NCBI RefSeq assembly: GCF_001194135.2
Contig: NC_068982.1
Span: 164,560,100-164,605,086 of the forward strand
From: Octopus bimaculoides
Taxonomy: Eukaryota
Direction: 5' to 3'
Length of the DNA: 44,987 nt
Part shown: positions 27,834 to 39,276 of the stretch, in pieces
How positions within the stretch are numbered: position 1 is the first letter of the stretch
Layout: each line of letters opens with the position of its first letter
Position numbers and translations under genes: made by a program
The notes under the pieces: model-generated
Database searches by the model: none
What the model was told of the DNA's origin: nothing
What the model saw: only the letters and a program-made list of their open reading frames with translations

Positions 27834-27857
27834 TGTACTTATCAGCAGTTTCTGATG

Positions 27858-27907
<50 letters not shown>

Positions 27908-28080
27908 GGAACATCGTGTGATCAAAGTCAGAGTCACAAACTTACTTTCTCATAGAGAACATGCCTGAGAAATGATCAAGTTAGTAAAGCTTATAAAGTC
28001 TTCAGTATAGTACAAGGGAAACGTCAGTAGAGTTCCAGGTTTTGCTTGCTCGAAGTTGATATTCTAAACTTCTATTTCAG

Positions 28081-28095
28081 TGCGAGCAGATGCAG
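28081..28095 (+). other. Candidate 15-nt microexon (CEQMQ in phase 0, or xRADA in phase 1)
   Basis: ttctaaacttctatttcAG acceptor and CAG|GTAATT donor; frame-preserving. It lies inside a probable TE remnant, so chance is plausible. Confidence 0.25.
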
Positions 28096-28535
28096 GTAAT
28101 TACGGTAGGTTGTAAAATTACCAAATGTCAAGTATGTGGAAGGACCGATTACCAGAGAGCTCCTCCCCACTTTGAAGTGCTTGAGAGCAATACGTCATTT
28201 TGTACCGCTGCTTCCAACGTCAAATCTGCTGCAATCAGAAAGCCGGCGACAACAGCAACTACTATTTCAATGAAAACTGCAAGAGCATCAAACACTTACA
28301 GAGGGGCGCAGGAAGGAGTCCCCCAAGTTCACCTCCATCATGAACACCAAACGATGCAAAAGGATAACATAAAAAGCACCCAAACGGTGACTCAGGCGGT
28401 AACCACCAAACAAGAGAGGAGGACATTCATGTGAATATACTGACTTGACCCCACAAATTCTAAAAGTGTGTGAGTACCAAGCTCACTAGTTCAGAAAAAA
28501 ATAATCCGTGTGCCCAATCAATTAATCCAGGCGAA

Positions 28536-28589
28536 GGCCAACAATCCCTATGGCCAACAATCCCTATGGCCAACACTCCCTATAGCCAA
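28536..28589 (+). repeat. 16-bp tandem repeat GGCCAACAATCCCTAT x3.4
   Basis: ggccaacaatccctat ggccaacaatccctat ggccaacactccctat agccaa. Confidence 0.9.
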
Positions 28590-29582
28590 AGAAGCAAAAA
28601 CAGCCACAACAACGAGATAATCAGTAACAGTAACAAGTGCATAGTTATACTGAGCAACAGTGAGTGACACATCAATATCAGCAGAAGCCCCAAAAAGAAG
28701 ATGTATGTAAGACGACAACACCCACACCATTCACAAGTGACAGAATATTTACAGCAACCACTTACAAAGGAACCTCTCAACTCTATAGTTCTCTGAAAGA
28801 AGACACGCATTTGATGGTTTGTGTAGATTCAAGTAATGACAAATTTTACAACAGGCGAGGGTTTTGATGCTTTCGCTATTTCTAAAACTGCGCAAGTGGC
28901 AATTCTTTTAAGTTTTACTCAAACATTATACCGTGTTTTGAAAGAGCTTTTCCTACTTGATATGGACAAATTTAAAGACATGTTGAAAACAAGGATCTTA
29001 AAAAACACGTGCAAAGACTCCAAAAATGGACAAAGCCAAGACGATGGTGACTGATTATATTTTTTATTTCTTCCCCACCTCCTGAAATGGCAATACTAAG
29101 AATAGGTTATATGAATGATTGTGATCTGAGGTTGCGTGGAAAGAGGTCACTACGTTTGGAGGAAATATCAATTTGCAAGACCAGGATTTCCGAAACGCAA
29201 TTGCTTACTTTCCTTTTCGACGACTACGAGTTTTATGACTCTTGCAGTCGGTTTGATCAAGTGAGCTGGTTATAGTGTTTCGGAAATGTGTTGACGCAAA
29301 GATGAGTACAGTTACCTTAGACTGACAGATTGGTGGTCATGACTATGACTGCGTAACCCGAACTAAGGATATGTATGCACATACACGATGGCACGAAAGT
29401 CGTCTGTTGAACCCGGGATGGAACGGAGATAAAGCACGGCAACGAAACTAGAATTTGGTTTAAGACTGACCACACCAGACGTGTGCTTTCTTAATCCAAA
29501 CAGATGGGGTTTCTAACAGCATTTTCCAAAATTCTCACGGGTAGCTGCGAGCGAGCTTGAGACCATAAGATTTGATGCCCAT

Positions 29583-29754
29583 ACTCTGTTTCATCAATAG
29601 CAGAGAATCCAATACCCATCTTCGGCCGAAATCGAGAAAATGTCTGAAACAAAGTGTGGCCTTCCATAGCATGCATTACTCGAGGAAAGCAACAGGGACT
29701 ATGGTAGCCATCTGAGACAGCGAACAAAAAACTCATTGAATGCCTAAAACGACC
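29583..29754. repeat. Direct repeat copy 2 (about 172 bp)
   Basis: Aligns with 27671-27833 and carries a small insertion around agcatgc. Confidence 0.92.
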
Positions 29755-29876
29755 GGATGGAAGTCTTTGCATGGACTATCGGACAGGGAGAAGAAAAGAT
29801 CCTCATCATATTGATATAAGTTTTAATAATTCTTTATACTATAGGCAGATGTTCTCAAATGTTTGAGGAGGGTGAC

Positions 29877-30008
29877 AGTCGATTACATTGACCCCAATAC
29901 TTGACTAGTAAAGAATGAAAGGCGAAGTCGACCTTAGCAGAATTTGTACTCAGTATGTTAAGCCAGACGAAATGCCGTTAAGAATTTGCCTAACATGCTA
30001 ACGTTTCT
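29877..30008 (-). mobile_element. Older partial copy of tRNA-derived SINE family 3
   Basis: Diverged match to the adjacent copy (tcgattacattgacccc...gaatgaaaggcgaagtcgacc...gctaacgtttct). Confidence 0.8.
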
Positions 30009-30240
30009 TATTGCTTTATTGCCCACAAGGCGCTAAACATAGAGGGGACAAACAAGAACAGACAAAGGTATTAAGTCGATTACACCGACCCTAGTGCGTA
30101 AGTGGCACTTAATTTATCGATCCCGAAAGGATGAAAGGCAAAGTCGACCTCGGCGGAATTTGAACTCAGAAAGTAACGCTAGACGAAATACCGCTAAGCA
30201 TTTCGCCCGGCGTGCTAACGTTTCTGCCAGCTGGCCGTCT
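30009..30240 (-). mobile_element. tRNA-derived SINE, octopus family 3 (well-preserved copy)
   Basis: Minus-strand head with A-box-like TGGCAGAAACG and B box GAGTTCAAATTCC (30155-30167). It is followed by gtcgactttgcctttcatcctttcgggatcgataaattaagt, a central segment resembling the MetaSINE-type domain (from memory). Confidence 0.85.
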
Positions 30241-31085
30241 TTATCTATGTTTTAAATTACTATTGCACACAATTCAGCGTTGTGTAATGATGACTATTGT
30301 AATTCTGTTTAGCAGAAACGATGAGTTGAGTCATAATGAAAATTTTACTGTGATGAATTTCATAATCTCCAGCAAAGCTTTTTCGAAACATTGTAAACCA
30401 GTAGCTGCGGCCAAAACATGTGCAGAATCCAGTTTTAAATCACCAACCAATTATGTCTTTAACGTTGTTGTATATGTTATCTGTAAATCAAATTTTTGTG
30501 TGTTATGTTGATTAGAATAAAGAAAATATTCATACATATTTTGTGTCAACTTTCTGCTATTCCTAAAATATATCGGAGCTCAACAACAGTTTCTATAGAT
30601 ATATTCAATTTCGATATGGAATATCTTATTATAGATTGGCATAGTCTCTAGAGAGATATTAAATAATGATATCTCATCATATTACTATTCGGAGATATTC
30701 GAGATTGACTAATATGTAAGAAGAAAATTAATTAACTGATAACGTACATATCAGAAATGATGATGCCGATGTAATTGGCAATACAAAATTAATGTTTAAT
30801 ATATCTTGTTGATTAGCAGAACATTAAAGAGGGGGGGGGACAATGGGAGAAAAATGAAAGCAATCACTGATATAACATTTTTGCGTTATACTACTCATAA
30901 TTTAGAGGAAATTCAAATTTAATTGTTATTTCAGTTATATTTTACTCATCTTTCTAATCAGTCTTTCTCTCACATTTTACAATTCTTACGACTACAATTT
31001 AAAAAGTAATTAGTAAGAAAAGTAGCCCACATAATCTTCGTTATCATTCCTTTTTATTAATGAAATCGATGCGTTATCGTTTCAG

Positions 31086-31172
31086 TTTGAGCTCTTTTCG
31101 TCGATGCCTTTGCATGATAAAAGTGTGCGGAAGAAATTCCGGTTGAATGCTGCTACGGCAAGACATGGCTGG
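31086..31172 (+). other. Candidate 87-nt coding exon (phase 0-0, FELFSSMPLHDKSVRKKFRLNAATARHGW)
   Basis: gcgttatcgtttcAG acceptor and TGG|GTAAAC donor. 29 codons open only in frame 0; GC higher than flanks. Product not recognised. Confidence 0.33.
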
Positions 31173-31446
31173 GTAAACGTTTACTGAGGTTCTTGTTTAA
31201 ATGACACTATAATGACAAAGGAAGTTAAGAGAGTGCACCCAGTGATTTTAATGCCTCAAGGCATTCTCTCATATCTACCTTGTTCAGCTAGTTAGCATAA
31301 CAAATGTCGAATTATTTGTAGAATTAGTGGGAAAGTACGCGGATAAGTCATTCTGATGTTTTCTTTAATGATGTTACTAGTTAGATAACATTTTATTACA
31401 TATTGATATGTTTGTCGATGTAACAACACTACACAGTATATCATAT

Positions 31447-31665
31447 ATTTCTCTCTATGTTTGTCCCTCTACACCAATTGTCAATCAGTCGTGGTCCACG
31501 CAACTTAGTGGCTCAGCAAAAAAAGAAAAAAAAACGCCGATAGAATAAGTATCAGACTTAAATATCAAGTATTGGAGTCGATTTATTGGATTAAAATTCT
31601 TAACTGCTATGCTGCTGTATGTATGACTGCAGTGCAATGATTGAAACAAGTAAATGATAAAAGCT
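31447..31665 (+). mobile_element. Old 3' fragment related to SINE family 1
   Basis: Degenerate reverse complement of the 16870-17060 body (ccgatagaataagtat...gactgcagtgcaatgattgaaacaagtaaatgataaaag). Confidence 0.7.
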
Positions 31666-32344
31666 AAATGTTCAACTTATATAAATGCTTCTGGATATAT
31701 TTCTGTTTCTTTATCTTAGACCCATTTCAGTCTGAGCTACATTTCTACATGAAACTTCTCACAGTAGTATGAACACAATTGTAATAAATGCGAAGATATC
31801 ACTGTTTTGTACAATCGGCGAAAGACACCATTTAGAGATAGTTTCGAAAGTTACCAGCTGCTTTAATTTTTCTCTCGTTTAAGCTTTATAAACGTGGCAG
31901 CGTAACTGTTCCCAGAAAAAGGCAATAACATAACGTACGTATATTCAACATCGCACCAGCGGTCAAGACAGTCGTAAAAGCATTTTAAATAATATCTGCT
32001 TTCTCAGTGATTACAAATATAGGCATTATAAAACCACATCTTCAGAATATTTACCGCCATAAGATCTGAAAAAGTCTTTGCTGTCCTTGCGACCATCATT
32101 TTTTCACCAACGCAGCATAAATTGTCTTCGATACTCTGCATTTAGGGCGATGTTTTATCATGCTTCAGTTTCCGTTGATGTGGTTTACTCTGATCCATAG
32201 TATATCACAACCAAAGAATGTAATCATTCAGTTAGTCTTTCCTCAAACGTTTCTCTTGCAATGTTTTGCAGATTTACAATTCTTCACAACCAAAACATAA
32301 TCGCTATACGTGTTGCATTATGACATTCAAAAGATAAAGAAAAA

Positions 32345-32391
<47 letters not shown>

Positions 32392-32488
32392 ACATATGCA
32401 TATATACACACGCGCACACACATCCATAATATTCTTAAAACTATTATCCAGTCATACCTATCAAGGTTAGTTCATATATAATACAATA

Positions 32489-32530
32489 TTTACATTGCCC
32501 AAACTTTATTCTAAATTTGGGCAATGTAAA
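32489..32530. other. Perfect 15-bp inverted repeat / hairpin
   Basis: TTTACATTGCCCAAA (32489-32503) and TTTGGGCAATGTAAA (32516-32530) around a 12-nt loop that can add 4 more pairs. Confidence 0.85.
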
Positions 32531-34720
32531 CGTTATACTAAATTTAGCGTCAGCACTAAACTTTTACTAACTTTGCAACTATAATTTATATCCCAAAGTG
32601 GTATTGCTCTCATATCTGGAATTGCATTGTTGCTACATACATATATCCAAAATCACATATTAAAATACAGTTGACATAATTCACTTACTTTGGCTTAATT
32701 CTTTTCCAAAAGAAATCCCTCAAGATAGCAAGCTGCATGGCAGCTAGTTTGTCCAGTCGACTCTAACCTAAATATTTTCATGCAATCATTCCACCGCAGT
32801 ACTAAGACTCTTAGTAATTTAATCTTGCGCGTTTTCTCTGCTGTCAATAAGCTGCCAATTTTCTACAAGATCATCAAGTGATTCAATATCATTAGTTTAC
32901 CACAAATGTATAGATAATGAGCGCCAGTTTACTCCATATTAGTCACCTAATCCTCCTCATCATCATTCTGACCCTCAAATGGGTAAATAATAAGTTTTAA
33001 AAAATTCGATAGCGTCTTACGACACAATATAAAGCAAATTATAATTAGATATAAAATATTTATTACTTACTACTTCAAACAAAAGAAGAGAAATCTTGAA
33101 ACTAACTGATTAGTAAATATTATCTACTTAAAATTAATTCAAATGCAAGCTCTATTTTTTTTCTGTATAAATCTAGGAATTCAGTTTTGTAACAAGAGTC
33201 TTTTGATATATACATATGGCGACATAGATCGTCTAAAAATGCTCAAATTAATTTGGTAGAAGATAAATGTGGTTAAATTGTGTTAACGCACGGGGTCATT
33301 TTCAACATCTTTAGCAACCAGAAGGTGTTGGCGTTCGAAGTTTAAAAAAAAAAAATTTATTGCACTGCGAAAACACCGAGTTCGATAATCACTGCTTTAT
33401 TGTTCAATGAGACTCGTTAGAGAATCACCATGATTCTGCTTCATAACGCACTATTCACAGCTCTCATCAACTTTAACACTTCTATGGTCATCCACTTCCT
33501 CATCATCATTGCCGTCATCATAATCATTATGGTCGTAGTCGTCACCACCATCTTCCTCACGTAGTTGTACTTCTTACTCATCAGCGTCGCCTTCGACGTC
33601 GTCGTCTACAACGTCGTTGGAGTCGTTATCATTATCATCACTAACGTCTTTTAGCTATATTTAGAACAAATATTTTCTCTTGAATGCTCTTTAATACAAT
33701 TTCCCTTTCACCGAAAGTAAAATCCCGTCACGCATGCTCATAAACATGTGTATAGAAAATTTTCCCTTCGCATGGTAACTATTTGCAACAGAGTATATCT
33801 AAAGTCGGGAATTAGATTATTCAGAAGAGACTTTTTTCATCAATAAATTTCAATGTATNNNNNNNNNNNNNNNNNNNNNNNNNNNNNNNNNNNNNNNNNN
33901 NNNNNNNNNNNNNNNNNNNNNNNNNNNNNNNNNNNNNNNNNNNNNNNNNNNNNNNNNNNNNNNNNNNNNNNNNNNNNNNNNNNNNNNNNNNNNNNNNNNN
34001 NNNNNNNNNNNNNNNNNNNNNNNNNNNNNNNNNNNNNNNNNNNNNNNNNNNNNNNNNNNNNNNNNNNNNNNNNNNNNNNNNNNNNNNNNNNNNNNNNNNN
34101 NNNNNNNNNNNNNNNNNNNNNNNNNNNNNNNNNNNNNNNNNNNNNNNNNNNNNNNNNNNNNNNNNNNNNNNNNNNNNNNNNNNNNNNNNNNNNNNNNNNN
34201 NNNNNNNNNNNNNNNNNNNNNNNNNNNNNNNNNNNNNNNNNNNNNNNNNNNNNNNNNNNNNNNNNNNNNNNNNNNNNNNNNNNNNNNNNNNNNNNNNNNN
34301 NNNNNNNNNNNNNNNNNNNNNNNNNNNNNNNNNNNNNNNNNNNNNNNNNNNNNNNNNNNNNNNNNNNNNNNNNNNNNNNNNNNNNNNNNNNNNNNNNNNN
34401 NNNNNNNNNNNNNNNNNNNNNNNNNNNNNNNNNNNNNNNNNNNNNNNNNNNNNNNNNNNNNNNNNNNNNNNNNNNNNNNNNNNNNNNNNNNNNNNNNNNN
34501 NNNNNNNNNNNNNNNNNNNNNNNNNNNNNNNNNNNNNNNNNNNNNNNNNNNNNNNNNNNNNNNNNNNNNNNNNNNNNNNNNNNNNNNNNNNNNNNNNNNN
34601 NNNNNNNNNNNNNNNNNNNNNNNNNNNNNNNNNNNNNNNNNNNNNNNNNNNNNNNNNNNNNNNNNNNNNNNNNNNNNNNNNNNNNNNNNNNTATATATAT
34701 ATATATATAACGGGCATATA

Positions 34721-34760
<40 letters not shown>

Positions 34761-35021
34761 TTTGTGCTTGGCAGCAAATGTTGCTTTGTCCCCGTAACTT
34801 TGCAGTTCGGCAAATAAGCTTAATATAATGAAGAGCGTATTTTAACTATTACCTGAGGAGGAGCATTTTATACCTCAGATGCATGATCATGATTACATAA
34901 TATCTCACCAATATACTACGTGTGTAAAAATGTGTCGAAACAATTAAATAAAGAATGTAGTCCATTTCATTTTCTAGCATTTATCTATCTATCTATCCGT
35001 CTATCTATCAGTTTATCTCTC

Positions 35022-35063
<42 letters not shown>

Positions 35064-35129
35064 GGGAGAGAGAGAGTTGGGATGCATAACCTCTATTTAC
35101 AAGCTTACCATTGAGCAGTCATGTGAAAC

Positions 35130-35710
35130 AACCTATCACAAAGGAGCATACATGCATCCATGCGATTAACAACTGCTCAAATATGTCATGAAATTACTAG
35201 CTCCCTACGCAATGCGTTGTCGCAAGAACTCTATACAATGCCGTTCGGGAAAAAAGACTCCTAAAATAAATGTAGAGAATTCTCCAGTTATTCGATACAT
35301 ACACAAACATGAACACAACGTTTACTGGTGGAACATCCTCATCAAGACATCTGTCAGACGTAAACACAAAAGACCAGATATTACTGGTTTGGGAAGGCAA
35401 GAAACAGTATATACAGTCATGCAGGTGAACAACCCTGCTGATGTGAATGTCTCTTTGACAATCAAATAGAAGAGAATCGCTATGGACAACTGACGAAACC
35501 GCTAGGCTCTATATTCAGGTCATAAATTCACACATATTATACCAATAATAGTTGATGCACTTGAATTTGTTAGTATATACTTAAGTGACTATCTGGATGA
35601 GTTAGTATTTTCAGAAAAAGAAATCAACCAAATAACTCGCTCATTACTAATACAATCTGTAAGTGGGATAGTAAAACTTTTGCATGACTTTTCCCAAGTT
35701 TAAAATGTGA
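35130..35710 (+). mobile_element. Decayed 3' fragment of another RLE-type non-LTR retrotransposon (R4/NeSL-like)
   Basis: YWWNILIKTSVRRKHKRPDI...NNPADVNVSLTIK, then IIPIIVDALEFV...LLIQSVSGIVKL-CMTFPKFKM*. This is an RLE core and C-terminus with stops and frameshifts. Confidence 0.8.
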
Positions 35711-38700
35711 CATTACTTTTGTTATCTACATTCCAACGATGGATCTTTGTATCTTTATCAGAAATTAGTTATTTCCTCAGAGGAGGAATATGAATAAAAA
35801 GAGAAAAAGAAAATATACACATACACACTGTTAAAAAATCTGTTATTGTTTTAATATTATTGTTTTCATCCCTTGATTATGCATTTCTGATGTTTGCTTA
35901 CTTCTAGGTATGTTACTATGACCCATATTTTCTAACTCTTTGAACCAACCAGTGAATGGAAATATGGAGCCACATCTATTTATCATTTTGTAAAGCAAAG
36001 AAGACTAAATTCAAAAGGCATATCCCATGTAATAACAAAATAATTATTAATGAATTTGTTAACATCAGGTATTTTTATACTGAAACATAAGCAAAGGTAT
36101 ATAACTATCTGTATGATATCGAATGCAAGCGTCTGTAGAGATTTCCTTTAAAGTTTTGGAATATTGAGTTACTGGTTGTAGTAGCAGAGTTACTGGAGTT
36201 ATGTGACGTATTTCTTAATCCAGTGTATGCAAAGTAATAATTTGTCGTACACACCCAGCTACGACTGTTCTAAAAAGTATGCACTTGGAAAATATTCATT
36301 TGAATTTCTTTCAGAGATTCTTTCAGAATCTCTCAGGTTACACCTGAATATTGTATACTTGCTTCTTTTATCTTTACATATCGGCTATATAACACTTTGA
36401 ATTACTGAAATGGAAACTTTTAGTGAATGATATATCTTTCCAAAATAAACAGATTCCAGTTGCGAATTTCAATAGAAAACTAAATTTGAAAATTTCGATA
36501 AAATGAAGGAATGTATATCTTTAGAAATTGTGTGAATTTCTGTAATGAACTCACATTTTCACTTAAATCACGGTTTATTGAATTAATATTGCCTAATCCA
36601 AACAAAAAACACGCAAGCATACATAAAAGCTACTGAAAGAAAATTGTATTTCAATATGAATCTTTTTATATACATCCGATATACTTATTAAAAAGTTTGC
36701 ACAATAAATCTACAGACTCTACAAACGGATGTTTATCCTTCGAAACTAAGAAATTTAATAAATGTAAATTTTAAAGTTGTATACGTATTCAGTTTCAATT
36801 TTCCTATTAACTCTTAAATATGAAATATGTTATTAACTGTAAAAACTACACAATACGTATCTTGTTGTTGTTATTGTTTATACTAGGCCAGTCCTCGTTT
36901 AGCAAATCTATTATCAAAATGTTAAGCGAGGGTAAAATCATGTCAAAATGTACAGGTCTTGGAAAATGATGTAGCATACGACAAAGTAGTTTCAAATACG
37001 CTCTACCTGAAAATTGTTCTTGGTGTATACACTTCGATTGCATTGAAAATAATACATTGCTTTCATCAGAGACATATGGGGGGGGGGGACTGCAAAAGCA
37101 ATTTGATGAAATCCATCTAAATCCACCAAAAATAACAGAGCAATAACAATATCATAAATACGTTACCTAAACTAGGGAGATGGGCAATGTATGCAAATAT
37201 ATTATAATCATACATTCCTAATTATTTATTTAGAAAAGGTTGCTCAACAAAATCAGGGAATTATAATAATCTGTTAAACGGAACCTCTTCATTAAACAGG
37301 AACTAATTGTAGGTGATAATCTCTATAAAAATGAACGAAAATTTAAACTGTGCACATCAGAGAACATAACAAACACCTGTATTTCAATAAATGTTGTTGA
37401 AATAGTATATATGCTGAGTAAAGTGATGTTTGAGTTAGTTGACATATTTTAATATGTATTTTTCCGGGATGCGGTCGGAGGCGGGAAGACCAACATACAA
37501 GACAGTACCTAAGAATGACAGCGTATTCATTGTGGACAGGTGATGGAAGTTTGGTAGTTGCTGTTCGGTGCATACAAAAATTCCTGGGCGAGTGTATACT
37601 TTATCTATTATAGTGTAGGTCTAGTTGCCAGCAATATTGAGTATAGACAAAGAACTATCTTCAAATCCCTGCCTTTTCTTAATAAAAGAAATTCCAGTAA
37701 ACCTACAATGGAATATGTAATGAAAATAATGTTATCAAGGTATTATTTCGTCTTAGTATTTTCACATTCTTCTGTGGTTGAACAATATATTAGGGTGAAG
37801 ATAAGCATCGTATACCTGCAGTTAAACAGGCTATCAATGCATTTTATATATACGTTATAGATTGGTATAAATTTCGTCAATAACATTTAACCTGAAAAAT
37901 CAGTGGTGAAACGTATATTACTTTGCAAGAAAACTTCAATATTGCGGAATATATTTATCGTAATTAGAAACACTAATATTATAACTTTTATAGTTAATCA
38001 AATAACATCATGAACAATTAACTCGTAGTAAGAAATCTGCTGAACAACTAACCTTCCCATATACCTACAAATTTCTATACGAACAACAGCATGACCTAAA
38101 GCCGACGCGCCTAAATAAGCACACTTAATTTACAGTGTTACATGCATCACTGAATTCTGAACAATAGCAGCCGCCTTCTGAATCACACATCATCAACAAC
38201 CAGAAAGAAATCTGCTGACCAACTAACCTTTCCACCTATTTGCGTTCTATTGTGAACTTTAAAAAGTTCACGACCTGAAAGCTGACACCTAGTAAACTTA
38301 ATATTCCCAAAAGAAACAGTCAAGTTTTCCATTAGAGTCCAAATAAAGTCAACAACAGTTAAAACTATTTACACACCAGCTGAATAACTAACCTATCTAC
38401 ATATATTTGGGAACTCCTAGAAGACAACCGTAAAAACTGAAGCTCATTAAACTAAAATGGAACCTGATTACAAAGTTCTACGTGCGTGACAATACTCAAA
38501 CGACAAAACAACTTCAAATTTAACTAATAAAAAGCTTTCATACCTAACTTACAACCTAATCATCTTTGAAGAGAGTTCTATCCAACCCAGAAGATTGAAA
38601 CTTAACAGACAATATATAAAAAGAAAAGCTAGACGCAAATGTATTGCAATCCTATGATAATATAGCAAGTCGTAACTTGCAAGTAACTGTCATAACTATT

Positions 38701-38747
38701 CTTCTTAATGTATATTTTACATATGTACTTAGATTTGAGTTGATATA

Positions 38748-38754
<7 letters not shown>

Positions 38755-38812
<58 letters not shown>

Positions 38813-38865
38813 GTATATATATACACGCACACATACACACACACACATATATATATATATATAAA
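38755..38865. repeat. (CT)n/(TA)n/(CA)n microsatellite
   Basis: Direct reading. Confidence 0.95.
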
Positions 38866-38913
38866 TTCTATTCTAAATTTAAAGCCTAATATTATTATAT
38901 ATATATATATATA

Positions 38914-39276
38914 ATTTATATAAGGGCATTACTATATAGTAATGCCTCACGCTTAGAGGGACTTAATAAGTCAAAACTACCGAAAGCGAGAGAATGCAAC
39001 TTTCAAAGTTAACCTCCTAAAAACATTTAATTTAACGTCAAACCACTGGTTTCATAATTAATACAACAAAACTATGTAGTAAGCTGCATCTACATACTTT
39101 TGCTGTATTAATTATGAAACCAGTGGTTTGCCGTTAAGTTAAATGTTTTTAGGAGGTTAACTTTGAAAGTTGCATTCCCTCGCTTTCTGTAAATATGTGC
39201 TTATTTTTGGTAGTTTTGACTTATTAAGTCCTTCTAAGCGTGAGGCATTACTATATAGTAATGCCCTTATATAAAT
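38914..39276. mobile_element. Foldback / MITE-like element: 166-bp inverted arms, 10-nt loop, inserted in (TA)n
   Basis: Left arm 38914-39079 pairs with right arm 39090-39276, with 6 mismatches and one 21-nt unpaired insert (39188-39208). Flanked by (TA)n at 38896-38913 and 39277-39289. The inverted repeat is directly observed; mobility is inferred. Confidence 0.8.

Noticed and set aside
28536-28589. 16-bp direct repeats as a CRISPR-like array
   Set aside because: The repeats are contiguous with no spacers, the context is eukaryotic and there are no cas genes.
33480-33650. Acidic D/E-rich minus-strand reading frame
   Set aside because: Degenerate CAT/CGT trinucleotide repeat with an in-frame stop.
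35104-35140. Minus-strand 24-nt microexon-like motif (VVSHDCSM)
   Set aside because: It overlaps the edge of an RLE retroelement remnant and shows how often such motif pairs occur by chance.
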